Source of the DNA: a virus
Taxonomy: Duplodnaviria; Caudoviricetes
IMG/VR virus record: IMGVR_UViG_3300048882_000450
Span: 1-42,252 of that record
Strand: one strand, 5' to 3'
Length of the DNA: 42,252 bases
Position 1 is the first letter of the stretch. The number at the start of each line of letters is the position of its first letter. Below the pieces are notes generated by a model. That model had not been told where the DNA came from and did no database searches. It worked only from the letters and a program-made list of their open reading frames with translations. This document shows positions 10,159 through 19,443 of this stretch, piece after piece. A program made the position numbers and the translations under genes.

Positions 10159-10338
10159 TTAATATTCATATGAAATAATGTGAAGAAATCCCCCCTCTGT
10201 ACCAGAATGAGGGGTCTTCATATAATGGATACCATTGATATTATTAGTTCTTTTCATCTCATACCCTATAAGATTATAGATAATATGTGGATGCTTTTCA
10301 ACCATTTTTTGTGAAATCTTCATATCATGGTGTGCCAT
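10159..10338 (-). CDS. Hypothetical 59-aa protein (MAHHDMKISQ...)
   Basis: Translated by hand; below the ORF-track cutoff. Fills the gap between two structural genes and has a TATA-like box upstream. Confidence 0.4.
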   Translation of the reverse strand: MAHHDMKISQKMVEKHPHIIYNLIGYEMKRTNNINGIHYMKTPHSGTEGGFLHIISYEY

Positions 10339-10390
10339 AACTAATTACATATAATTGATAATATAAATGTTATTAAAAAGAAAAAAAAGG

Positions 10391-10783
10391 TTAAAAACCA
10401 AATACTCTAATACGTATGGTCAAGGAATTGACTGCTGTATCTGATGAATCTAGTTCTGCAAGGGCTACAACTGTTGCTGTAGCACTTGTTGGTTCCTGAC
10501 CATAAGCTTTAATCTTACCTGTGGCTGCTGCCCCTGCTGCTGCTGGGACGTATTGCAAAAGTAGACCTGCGTTACTATGGAGTATTTGAGCTCCAATTAC
10601 AGTTTTGATTCTACCACCCAAAGAAAGGTCGACAGTGTTTCCGTTTGTAGTATATGTGTCTGAGGCACCATAGGTGACATCTACTACACATGACTTTAAT
10701 TTAGAAGTCAATTCTGCTTGGACTGACAAAGTCTTTCCTGTTAGACTCTTATGGTCTGAATTCTGTGCGATTGTGATTGCCAT
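10391..10783 (-). CDS. Virion protein, possible capsid decoration protein
   Basis: 130 aa, Ala/Thr-rich, directly after the MCP, with its own promoter and a poly-T terminator. Confidence 0.5.
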   Translation of the reverse strand: MAITIAQNSDHKSLTGKTLSVQAELTSKLKSCVVDVTYGASDTYTTNGNTVDLSLGGRIKTVIGAQILHSNAGLLLQYVPAAAGAAATGKIKAYGQEPTSATATVVALAELDSSDTAVNSLTIRIRVFGF

Positions 10784-10865
10784 TACACAATAGACAAAAT
10801 AATCATATATAAAGATTGAGGCGATCCTATTTTCCTTCTATATCTATTAGCTAACGTGTAAAAAG

Positions 10866-10889
10866 TTAATTAATTAATTAATTAATTAA
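10866..10889. repeat. (TTAA)6 palindromic microsatellite
   Basis: TTAATTAATTAATTAATTAATTAA read directly in the intergenic region after the MCP. Confidence 0.9.
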
Positions 10890-10967
10890 ACAAGTTATTT
10901 TAACATATGAGGTTAACCACAGGTTAGGAAGGGTAAAAAAATAAAAAAAGAGTGTTTTATAGGTTGA

Positions 10968-12182
10968 CTAGAGTTTAATATCTCTAATTTTACCTTGTGA
11001 TTTGAAGTGACGACAAACAGTTTCACCCATTGTTCTGTAAACTCCTTTCTCAACGAAAGCATTGTTAACGAATGGATAAGCTGGTGTTCTACGTGTTGCC
11101 TCATAGTACTCGGTTGGAATTGCGATTTGTATTCCAATTCTTGGGTAACCATAACCTTCTGCATCAGAAGTATCTAATGCAAATAATCTTCCGACTTCAT
11201 TTCCACCACCAGATGGGGCATCTTTTGAAGGGATGAATGGGATACCATAGATTGAATCTACGTGAATTCCGACTCCAGTTCCTTTGAAAGTCTGAATTCC
11301 ATTTACATCGACTTGTACTAATGCTTCACCATAAGGATTTGGAATCCTGACAGATGGCATGTATAAGCCTTGTATTTCGGAATAAACTTCGTGGGAACCT
11401 AGGAATACATTTGGATCTTTACCTGCTGCAATACGGATCTTTCTAAGGAAAGTTCGTAGTGTATCGTCGGTAAGAACACCGTCTGTTCCTATTGTACCTG
11501 ATGCTGATTCTACAGTACAGTCAAAAGTGCCTGAACCGTCACGATCAATGGTAGCGTTTGCTGCCCAAGGATCGTACATTCCGTCATAAGTACCACCTAA
11601 TGCTGTCTCTTCAGCATTGGAAGAAATAATTCTATCCAATGTTTCAAAGTTGGTAGTACCTGAGTTATTTGCACTTGCTGCTGCTGCTTCAGATTCAACA
11701 TCTGCGAGTAACATTCTATTCATGAATTCTTTGTGCTGAACTGCCATATATAATCGAAGTGAACCTAGTCCACCCCAAATATCGTCTTTACTGTGAGTTG
11801 CGAGCCATTCCATGACTTCAGATGCACTGAAAGGCAACTGAGCTGTCTTTGGTCTAACGTCGATCTCTTGTAAAGTAGGCTTTACGGTTTCAGCAATATT
11901 TCCACCTTCAGCAGTACCACCTAGTGCAGTATTACCTTGGTTTGTGTTCAAAGTTGGTTTGGCAGTGATTGCCCTCCAACCAGATTTATCCCAAGGAACT
12001 TTTGGTAAGATACCAAAAGCATTTGCTTCTAAGTTAAGTTGTGCCCATGCATATGCACCAAATATAGCGTTGAAAACGCCAGATGTTGATGTAACGACTG
12101 GGGCATCAGCTTTTCTGATTAGGTTTCTATTCTGTCCATAATAGAGTGCCTCTAGTTCGTCAATAGTTCGAATTTGAACCAT
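10968..12182 (-). CDS. Major capsid protein (HK97 fold)
   Basis: About 404 aa from MVQIRTIDE, directly after the scaffold stop. MCP-like segments FETLDRII, VLTDDTLRTFL, IYGIPFIPS and a C-terminal QGKIRDIK. Confidence 0.85.
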   Translation of the reverse strand: MVQIRTIDELEALYYGQNRNLIRKADAPVVTSTSGVFNAIFGAYAWAQLNLEANAFGILPKVPWDKSGWRAITAKPTLNTNQGNTALGGTAEGGNIAETVKPTLQEIDVRPKTAQLPFSASEVMEWLATHSKDDIWGGLGSLRLYMAVQHKEFMNRMLLADVESEAAAASANNSGTTNFETLDRIISSNAEETALGGTYDGMYDPWAANATIDRDGSGTFDCTVESASGTIGTDGVLTDDTLRTFLRKIRIAAGKDPNVFLGSHEVYSEIQGLYMPSVRIPNPYGEALVQVDVNGIQTFKGTGVGIHVDSIYGIPFIPSKDAPSGGGNEVGRLFALDTSDAEGYGYPRIGIQIAIPTEYYEATRRTPAYPFVNNAFVEKGVYRTMGETVCRHFKSQGKIRDIKL

Positions 12183-12183
12183 T

Positions 12184-12744
12184 TTAGAACCAACTCTCCT
12201 CTTGTGAAGGAGTGTAGTAATCACCTTTCAAAATCCTTTGTGCTACGACAGATAAACTGTCAAAACCTTGCTCTCTTGCATCTTTCAATACCATATTCAA
12301 ACCATTTTGATCTGATTTGTTTATAGTTTCAACAGATGTAGTTGGTCGTGGAGTCTCAGTTGTAAAATCGAAGTTAGTTTTCTCAGATTTCTCTTGCATA
12401 ACAAGTTCTTCTGGGTCATCTTCGGTTTCAGCACCATCTGCATCCAATTCTGCTTGCACAGAGTTAGATTGATAGGTATCTGGGACTTTAACTTTTTCAC
12501 CGACTCCTTCATCATCTGAAGTGTTAGGGAAATCAAGTTGAGTCTTCGGTTCTTCTTCTAGGGCTTTAGTAAGCCTGTCGTCGAGTGCAGCCAATGATTC
12601 TGATTGTGCTTTTACGTGCTCTGTCAAAGTAGAAATAGTTTCAATCAAAGTTTGGTCGAAAGATTTTTTAGTATCTTCTTCCTCTTTGTCATCTTCTTCT
12701 TCTTTTTTGTCGTCGTTTTGTTTAACGATTTCTTCTAGAGCCAT
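12184..12744 (-). CDS. Capsid scaffolding protein
   Basis: Highly acidic with a coiled-coil segment; lies between the protease and MCP. Confidence 0.65.
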   Translation of the reverse strand: MALEEIVKQNDDKKEEEDDKEEEDTKKSFDQTLIETISTLTEHVKAQSESLAALDDRLTKALEEEPKTQLDFPNTSDDEGVGEKVKVPDTYQSNSVQAELDADGAETEDDPEELVMQEKSEKTNFDFTTETPRPTTSVETINKSDQNGLNMVLKDAREQGFDSLSVVAQRILKGDYYTPSQEESWF

Positions 12745-12798
12745 GTTATCATAGATTCTTGTATATAAGTGCTTATAAAGATTCTGTAAACATTTATA

Positions 12799-14307
12799 TT
12801 ACCCATGTAAATGTTCGGTACATCCACGAGCATCTCCAAGATCGTCATTAATCTTTTTTAGTTGTTCATCCATAGATTTTCTAAATTTTGCATTATGTAA
12901 AGAGCCTGTATCTAATGTTTCACTACTGTGTCTAAATTTACCACCTCTTCCAGCATGACTTACTCTTACATTTGTAGCTTGACCTTCTTTTGATTGTGCT
13001 CTAGATCCATCAGATTCTGGAAATTCTGAAATAATGTCTCCTTTTGGATATCTAGGATTTTTCATATCAGGTAATGCACCTTTAATCTTCTTTAGTTGTT
13101 GTATTTGTGCGTGTTTTACAAGTGAATTATTAATATTTCTAACCACTTTAATATTTGATATTAATTTCTCTTCATTTCTTTCAGGTTTCTTTTGAACTAT
13201 ATTAATATCGTTAGATTTACCACTACCTTGGACAGCAGTATCCTGTCCACCTCTTACACCACCAGTCTGGTTTACAGTTGTATCTCCTTTAAGTTTTCTA
13301 CCAGATGATGCTTCTCTTCCTACGTTTTGATTATACATAGAGTGTATATCCCCACCTGCATCTGAATGATCTCTACGTTTAACTTTATCATCTTCTTTCT
13401 CCTCATCCTCTTTTTCTCGTTTTTCCTTATCATCTTCTGTTTTACCTTGTCCACCTAATTGATTATTTCCTGCTTCAGTTTGATACCCTGATTTATACAT
13501 TTGGTTTTCTTCACCTCTTTTATCTCTATCAACAACATTTTTAACTTCATCAAACACTTTTTTACCACCTTCGGTTAACTCTTCTTTATGTACAAATGAA
13601 CCAACTATCTTTTTTGCAGATTCTTCTGACTTACCTTCTCTGATTAATGCATCTACTTTTTGTTGGAATGTTTGTGATTCGTTAAGATCAGCTTTGTCTA
13701 TATAACAACCCATATCTGTACATTGAATAACCATTTTATCATCTCTTACTGTAGATGAATAATTAGCTTTAGCGATAGGATTAAAATCAGTAATGATAGC
13801 CATTGGAACTGCTGGATCTTTACACACTGCTACTTCATAATGCTCTAATGCACCAAGTGCATATGCCATAGACCCGTCTTTCATTTTCATTGGCATACGG
13901 TTTGCTCTTGTAGCCCCACCGAATGATAAACCTCTATATTCTTTGGTTACTATCTTGTTCCAAATAACATTGTCTAATTCATAGTTTTTGTAAATCTTAC
14001 CTGTAATTTTAATAGCTGGTAGATCTTCACCGTGTTCGTCTTTAACTATGGTTTTAGAATAATTAATACCTTTTCCTATAATTCTATTAGAATGTGTATC
14101 ACTAATTGGTGCTCCTCTATCCATCCAAATTGGTAATACTTTGTAAAGTTCATCAACAATCGTGACTTCTCCCTGTTTATCCTTCATCTGCACAGTGAGT
14201 AATCCCTCAAAATATCTTTCATCCGAATTAATTGTCTCCATACTCTTTAATGATGTAGTGAGTTGGTTAAACTGAATTATATCCTTGGATTGAGTCTCTT
14301 CACTCAT
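12799..14307 (-). CDS. Prohead (maturation) protease with a long charged C-terminal extension
   Basis: HK97-type protease motifs DKQGE, HSNRIIGK (His), GLSFGG (Ser) and EVAVCKDPA. Confidence 0.8.
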   Translation of the reverse strand: MSEETQSKDIIQFNQLTTSLKSMETINSDERYFEGLLTVQMKDKQGEVTIVDELYKVLPIWMDRGAPISDTHSNRIIGKGINYSKTIVKDEHGEDLPAIKITGKIYKNYELDNVIWNKIVTKEYRGLSFGGATRANRMPMKMKDGSMAYALGALEHYEVAVCKDPAVPMAIITDFNPIAKANYSSTVRDDKMVIQCTDMGCYIDKADLNESQTFQQKVDALIREGKSEESAKKIVGSFVHKEELTEGGKKVFDEVKNVVDRDKRGEENQMYKSGYQTEAGNNQLGGQGKTEDDKEKREKEDEEKEDDKVKRRDHSDAGGDIHSMYNQNVGREASSGRKLKGDTTVNQTGGVRGGQDTAVQGSGKSNDINIVQKKPERNEEKLISNIKVVRNINNSLVKHAQIQQLKKIKGALPDMKNPRYPKGDIISEFPESDGSRAQSKEGQATNVRVSHAGRGGKFRHSSETLDTGSLHNAKFRKSMDEQLKKINDDLGDARGCTEHLHG

Positions 14308-14328
14308 ATATAAATAAACTATACAATA

Positions 14329-14340
14329 CTAATAAAGATT
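14329..14340 (-). promoter_or_regulatory. Representative AATCTTTA(T/A) archaeal BRE/TATA promoter of a leaderless gene
   Basis: Same or similar motif at about 1100, 6425, 7447, 10813, 14336, 14667, 14946, 18341, 18545 and 31390. In each case the first T of the box is 29-30 nt before a start codon. Confidence 0.8.
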
Positions 14341-14374
14341 ATTGTAGTTAATAAAAAAGGGATAAAATACAGAA

Positions 14375-14638
14375 TTACTCTGTAATTTTTTTTGCTTTAG
14401 ATACAGCATAATCTATTGAAAATCCTGCTGTTAGACCAATTAGAATTAGTCCTAACGTGTCTACTCCACTTAAAGCGATTGTTTGTGCAATAGCTAACCC
14501 TGCAAAACCTGATACAATTACAGCACCAAGGAATTTTTTGATATCATAGGAACTATCAGAACCTAGGAATCCCCTAATGGTGTTTAATACTGCACCAGCT
14601 ACAGTGGCGATTACTACTGCTAATAGAGCTTCAACCAT
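14375..14638 (-). CDS. Small membrane protein with about 3 TM segments (holin-like)
   Basis: Three hydrophobic stretches and a basic C-terminal tail. Confidence 0.55.
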   Translation of the reverse strand: MVEALLAVVIATVAGAVLNTIRGFLGSDSSYDIKKFLGAVIVSGFAGLAIAQTIALSGVDTLGLILIGLTAGFSIDYAVSKAKKITE

Positions 14639-14668
14639 ATAAATCCCTGAAATAGACTATATTTAAAC

Positions 14669-14917
14669 TTATTTATCAAGTAGTTCTTTGACTAGATCGT
14701 CTAGGTCTGAATTAGCCTCATTTGGATGTAGTCTGTTTGACTGTCTATCTACGGCTTTAGCTAAAATAATAAGGGTTTTTTGTAATCTTGACACAGTTTC
14801 ACATAAATCTTTCTGTGTTTTATTCATTTTTCTAAAAAAAGCAACAATTCCTCCACCTGTTGCTAACATCATTGCTAATAATAATGGTTCGACGAATGAG
14901 TTGAATACCTGTTCCAT
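14669..14917 (-). CDS. Membrane-anchored coiled-coil protein (possible lysis accessory)
   Basis: N-terminal TM segment followed by a coiled coil; own TATA promoter. Confidence 0.5.
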   Translation of the reverse strand: MEQVFNSFVEPLLLAMMLATGGGIVAFFRKMNKTQKDLCETVSRLQKTLIILAKAVDRQSNRLHPNEANSDLDDLVKELLDK

Positions 14918-14949
14918 GTTAAATAATATCTATTCTAATTTATAAAGAT

Positions 14950-15165
14950 TCATGTGGGTATTAAATATTTTAGCCTGATTAATTCTGGTACAAGCTCAGG
15001 GTTTTTTACAAGAAATTTTATAAAATCGTCATCTATATAATCTGATCTACAGTCAAACTTTCCACATTTATAACATATCTCTAAAGACATTTTGAATCCT
15101 ACATATTTGTATGTTTTTACACCACAATCACATATTTTTTCTTCTTCTTTATTAAAAAGACCCAT
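14950..15165 (-). CDS. Small Zn-ribbon protein
   Basis: CDCG...CYKCG motifs. Confidence 0.55.
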   Translation of the reverse strand: MGLFNKEEEKICDCGVKTYKYVGFKMSLEICYKCGKFDCRSDYIDDDFIKFLVKNPELVPELIRLKYLIPT

Positions 15166-15204
15166 ACCACTTGATTTATTAACAAGTATTTGTATTTAAT
15201 GGTA

Positions 15205-15645
15205 ATGGCTTCATCTATATACATATTTGATGACATGAAAACATTTGACCATTTTTACAAAGGATATACGGAAGATAAAATGAGAAGAATAAAGATCATT
15301 GATATGTACATACAAAATAAAGAAAAACTATATGTTGTAACTAACACAAATGATCAGAAGGAGAGACCATTCCTACAAAAATCACTTGTACATTTTAGAA
15401 ACGGTAAACTTGGTGAACATGAAAATGAAGGTACCGAATTAATAAAATATGAGAAAATAAAATTTAATAGAAAAAAAATGCAGTTAGAGTTTAATCCAAA
15501 GTTTCTCAGGAAACCATCATTAAAATGGAAGGTTGATAGATACCTTGATGCTGTGTATAGAAATGAAAATAAAATTATAGATTATGATCACAGGTATTAT
15601 GATTTTGAGTTAGACAGGATCATATTTGTTTTAAAGAATAATTAA
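15205..15645 (+). CDS. Hypothetical protein on the opposite strand within the head module
   Basis: Fills the gap between minus-strand genes; likely start MASSIYIF. Confidence 0.7.
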   Translation: MASSIYIFDDMKTFDHFYKGYTEDKMRRIKIIDMYIQNKEKLYVVTNTNDQKERPFLQKSLVHFRNGKLGEHENEGTELIKYEKIKFNRKKMQLEFNPKFLRKPSLKWKVDRYLDAVYRNENKIIDYDHRYYDFELDRIIFVLKNN

Positions 15646-16092
15646 TCATTGTCTCCAAGACTTTGTACCGTTAGACATTATCTGTTTCCAATCCTTTCCA
15701 TGTTTACGTCTCATTGATTGCCAAAATGGATCTGCACCATGCATACCACCTTTTTTATTATATTCTTTCATGTGATTAGCTGTACGCCTGTGACATTTTT
15801 GACATAATCTACAGTTTATTTGTTCCATGTTAAATTTATATACACCACAAAAATGACACATCCCGTAATAAATTGGTTTGATTGATACTAATAACGGTTC
15901 TCTACCCTTTTTCCCTGCACAGTCACCACAAATATCAGCAACCAATGCACCTACAACATTAGAGCCAAAACAACCAAAACATAACCCTTCTTTATAATTA
16001 TTTACATGAGTATATTCATTATCTTGATGTATTTCAACTATCTTTTTACCCATAGATGTACTACCAGCGTTCAAATCTAATTTAGTTGCCAT
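15646..16092 (-). CDS. Cys-rich Zn-finger protein
   Basis: CFGC, CGDC, CHFC and CRLCQKC motifs. Confidence 0.7.
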   Translation of the reverse strand: MATKLDLNAGSTSMGKKIVEIHQDNEYTHVNNYKEGLCFGCFGSNVVGALVADICGDCAGKKGREPLLVSIKPIYYGMCHFCGVYKFNMEQINCRLCQKCHRRTANHMKEYNKKGGMHGADPFWQSMRRKHGKDWKQIMSNGTKSWRQ

Positions 16093-16111
16093 TTTTGATT
16101 ATTAATCCATT

Positions 16112-16450
16112 CTATTTATCTGCAAGTGTCACTTTTTTTAAAGCTTCTTGTAAAATAAGATAGACATTATTAGAAGAATAGATATCAACACATATACTTC
16201 TACTTGTTTTTTTAATATTATCTATAGTTTCATCTATTAATGAATAATCTGCATTATAGACATCTGTAATTATAGGTTTTTTGAATGATTCAGTTTTTTC
16301 AATTCTATCTAACTGCTTTTTAAATGCTGCGTTAGATGATTTTTTTGTGGATTTTACCTTAGTTCCACTAGGTAACTTTATTTTCTTTGCATCTTCTGTT
16401 GTATGAGTTCCCTTACAGGAATCATCACATCTATGAGTTTTTTTCGTCAA
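16112..16450 (-). CDS. Hypothetical protein coupled to the portal gene
   Basis: ATGA overlap with the portal stop codon. Confidence 0.6.
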   Translation of the reverse strand: MTKKTHRCDDSCKGTHTTEDAKKIKLPSGTKVKSTKKSSNAAFKKQLDRIEKTESFKKPIITDVYNADYSLIDETIDNIKKTSRSICVDIYSSNNVYLILQEALKKVTLADK

Positions 16451-18312
16451 TTTTTATCCTCCTCTTCATCTTCCCACTTTCTAACCATGTCAAACTCATT
16501 CTGTACAATATTACGTGCTTCTCTTACTGTTATTCCTGTAAACTTTCTAAGTTCATCGACTGTTTTAGTTTTCTTCCAGTTGTAATCCATTGCTGATTGT
16601 AATGTCTTTTTTACCACATCAAAGTTATCAGGTGTTATTCCAGTAGGAAAGTTCTTCTGTGAGAGAGAAGTTCCACTTCCTGAACTTGGGTGTCCTTGTG
16701 CAACACCACCAATATCAGATGGTCTGTTCTGGTTTGGTTGTCCAGCAAAGTTTTGTCTATTCTCTTCTGGTGCAGCAGTACCTCTACCTCTTCCCATTTG
16801 TAATTCATCTATAGGTTCTGGTATTTGTGATACACTATACTCACCAGTGTGAGTTCTTGTAACTTTGAATCCCATTTGTTGTAGTAAAGCCATATTCTGT
16901 ATTTCTACTCCATCTCTTTGTAGTTCAGATAGTTTATCATTCTCTTCACCTGCTTCTAATCTGAGATCCCAATCATCAACACCCATTAACTCTACAAATT
17001 TCTTAAAGAATGACTTGTATAATATATCTTGTCCCCATTTAACTGCTCTATTAGTAATTGTAACTTGTAATCCTTCCTGACTCCAACCACCTACCATCTC
17101 ACCATAGTACAAAGGTAACACACCATACACTGCACCAATGATTTGTCTTAACTCTTTTCTAATTTCAATGAATTGTAACTCTTGTAATGTACCAGTAAAG
17201 TCTAACCACTGTGCCATGTTTTGTCCACCCTTATCTGATTCAACCATAAGTGGATGTATCATGTATGGGTCTTCGGTGGCTTTCTGTTCTAAAGCATCCC
17301 ATGACTTTCTAAAGGTTTCATAGTTACGTGAAGCAACAACAAGTAATCCTCGTGGTGGTCTCATCTTGTCAAAGTACTTTCTAATATACTCATCCATGTG
17401 AGACAAAGCCATAGCCTTACTCCACACTGCATAAATAGGACTGAACCCGTAAATCAAAGATGGTTTGTATTTTCCTGCTTTCCAAATCACTTCACCTTCA
17501 GCATAAATTACTCTTTTAGGATGTGGTACACCTATGGAATAAACAGAGTTAACTTCAAGTATAGCCTTTAATGCTTTAGCATTACATTTATCACATCTGT
17601 CATTATACAATCTCGCATCCCTGTGCTCAAATCGTGGGCAGACATAAATCTTTTGTCTCTTATCATCATATCCAATTCTACCATCAGAGTCAGCAATCAT
17701 TGCTACTTGTGGTGGGTCTATTCTAAGTAACTCTTTAATCTCTGTCTTTTTATTATCTATCTCACCAGTAATATCATCAATAAAATAATTCTTTAACAAA
17801 AGTAAATATGCATTATCTGCAATCTCTAGATCTCTTTCTAACTGTCTTGCAACGTCTTCTAGATTTTGGGCGTTCCCATTAACAGGTCTATTAATTAAAT
17901 TTTCAATAATCTTTCTGTGTTCAGGTACAGGTGTTCTTAATTCATAACTCTGACAGGAGTCACATTGTACCTTTTGTAGTTTCTTTGGTTCCTCACCTTC
18001 AACTGCTACGTTAGGAGCATACTGAAATTCTTTTGAACAGTTATTACATTTATACTTGAACCGTTCAGTTATCTGCCAACCATTCTTAAACATCTCTCTA
18101 TTTAGAGTCTCAATAGGAATTCGAAGTGCATCAATATTATCAGCCAACTCATAAATCATTATAAGTGGGAATGGAAAAATTGGTAGTTTGGCACCTGTGT
18201 CAGTTGCCATGTATGGCTGGGCGACAGATGGTCTAGAAGTTGACTCTGTATACCCTTTGTTAACATTGCTAAGAGATTTAGTTATACTACTTATCCTAGC
18301 ACGTAATCCCAT
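16447..18312 (-). CDS. Portal protein with Zn-ribbon insertions
   Basis: Portal motifs DLEIADNAYLL, ELLRIDP, YGFSPI, KYFDKMRPPRGLL, ELQFIE and IGAVYGVLP. Lies upstream of the protease and MCP. Confidence 0.85.
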   Translation of the reverse strand: MGLRARISSITKSLSNVNKGYTESTSRPSVAQPYMATDTGAKLPIFPFPLIMIYELADNIDALRIPIETLNREMFKNGWQITERFKYKCNNCSKEFQYAPNVAVEGEEPKKLQKVQCDSCQSYELRTPVPEHRKIIENLINRPVNGNAQNLEDVARQLERDLEIADNAYLLLLKNYFIDDITGEIDNKKTEIKELLRIDPPQVAMIADSDGRIGYDDKRQKIYVCPRFEHRDARLYNDRCDKCNAKALKAILEVNSVYSIGVPHPKRVIYAEGEVIWKAGKYKPSLIYGFSPIYAVWSKAMALSHMDEYIRKYFDKMRPPRGLLVVASRNYETFRKSWDALEQKATEDPYMIHPLMVESDKGGQNMAQWLDFTGTLQELQFIEIRKELRQIIGAVYGVLPLYYGEMVGGWSQEGLQVTITNRAVKWGQDILYKSFFKKFVELMGVDDWDLRLEAGEENDKLSELQRDGVEIQNMALLQQMGFKVTRTHTGEYSVSQIPEPIDELQMGRGRGTAAPEENRQNFAGQPNQNRPSDIGGVAQGHPSSGSGTSLSQKNFPTGITPDNFDVVKKTLQSAMDYNWKKTKTVDELRKFTGITVREARNIVQNEFDMVRKWEDEEEDKN

Positions 18313-18377
18313 AGTATAATGAATATATAATAGTTTATAAACTTATTGTAAAATTAACGTATTTTGACGACTATGTG

Positions 18378-18515
18378 TCAGATTTTGTCAGGGTCGCCAT
18401 GATCACGGCATCTAATATCTCTTCCTATATCTTGGTTACAAGAGCAAGATTTGACTATTTCCTTTTTAACTACAGTGGGGGTTTCCCGTATAGTCTCAGT
18501 CTTGTCCTTGGTCAT
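18378..18515 (-). CDS. 45-aa Zn-binding microprotein (CSC...CRDHG)
   Basis: Start MTKDKTET lies 30 nt from an AATCTTTAT promoter motif. Confidence 0.55.
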   Translation of the reverse strand: MTKDKTETIRETPTVVKKEIVKSCSCNQDIGRDIRCRDHGDPDKI

Positions 18516-18593
18516 ATCATATATCAAAACTAAATTTAATATAAAGATTTCTATTTTAAGCAAGTATTTAAAGGATGTAATATTTAAAGCAAT

Positions 18594-18773
18594 ATGGTAG
18601 ACTTTGAGTTAAACGATTATAAAACAGTCATACGCTGGTTTGAACTATGTTTTGGTAAAAACCCAGAGGCGTTGGGGATGGATGATAAGAAGACGTTCTG
18701 GAAACTTTCATTTTTATGTGAGGACAAAATTAAAGAGATAAGGGAAGGTCATCCTCCTGAATCTGACGAGTAA
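18594..18773 (+). CDS. 59-aa hypothetical protein (MVDFELNDYKTVIRWFELCFGK...), resembling small Nitrosopumilus proteins
   Basis: Translated by hand; TTTAAA box upstream and a hairpin directly after the stop. The host resemblance is from memory, not a search. Confidence 0.65.
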   Translation: MVDFELNDYKTVIRWFELCFGKNPEALGMDDKKTFWKLSFLCEDKIKEIREGHPPESDE

Positions 18774-18774
18774 G

Positions 18775-18790
18775 TTTTGCGAAGCAAAAC
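18775..18790 (+). terminator. Perfect hairpin GTTTTGC-GAA-GCAAAAC directly after a stop codon
   Basis: 7-bp inverted repeat read directly; terminator function is inferred. Confidence 0.45.
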
Positions 18791-18869
18791 GGAGGTTTAA
18801 TTGAGAGATATATATGGTCAATTTTAGTACATAGGTAAGTTTATATAAGGTATTATATAAAGTATTATA

Positions 18870-18970
18870 GGTGTCAGGGATTACCCTCATACGGTAGCCC
18901 TCTTAACCTATTAATTTAGGTTGATACCTGTAGGGAGAAAAAGTGTAGAGACATTATCTCCCTAACACTT
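18870..18970 (+). ncRNA. tRNA-like RNA lacking a D-arm (CAU anticodon loop), followed by a hairpin/pseudoknot
   Basis: TTTATATA box at 18840, 30 nt upstream. Stems GGTGTCA/TGATACC, TTACC-CTCATAC-GGTAG, ACCTA/TAGGT and TAGGGAGA/TCTCCCTA. Confidence 0.55.
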
Positions 18971-19184
18971 ATATTATGTTTTAACATAGTTGTATTGTGT
19001 CGAAGATCCTATTGTTCTTTTTTTCTTTGTTCTGTTTCGGTACAATCGTCTTAGCTCCACTTGGGATAATAGGTCTTTGGTACTTTTGTAAATCAGATAA
19101 AGAAGAATCTAACATAGTTCAGATAGATCAATATTCACCTTTTACATTAGAAAGTTTAAGGTAAAGACTTATATAATCCTATAT

Positions 19185-19400
19185 ATGATATTATATATGA
19201 AGGGGTGTAAAGGTATTTGTGATAGATTGGGGAGTAATAGACCGTTCGGTGACACTTATGCAAAACACTCTTTCTGTACTAGATGTGATGCGTGGATTTC
19301 ATTAACACTTTTATTGAATAGAAGGTGTCCTTGTTGTAATTTTGCACCAAGGTTTATAGGAAAGAAGAAAAGGATGATTGCTGCATATGCATCACTGTAA
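19185..19400 (+). CDS. Cys-rich Zn-finger protein, paralogue of 40238..40534
   Basis: Pattern CKGICDRL...CTRCDAW...CPCC. Confidence 0.7.
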   Translation: MILYMKGCKGICDRLGSNRPFGDTYAKHSFCTRCDAWISLTLLLNRRCPCCNFAPRFIGKKKRMIAAYASL

Positions 19401-19443
19401 TTTACAGAATACATTTATATAAGGCTTGTTATATACTAATATA

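Noticed and set aside
12183-12224. N-terminal extension of the MCP given in the ORF track
   Set aside because: It overlaps the scaffold gene. The ATG at 12182, just after the scaffold stop and a GGAG-containing SD-like stretch, is more plausible.
18870-18930. Canonical tRNA-Met gene
   Set aside because: It has no D-arm and no GTTCRA T-loop, so it is reported only as tRNA-like.
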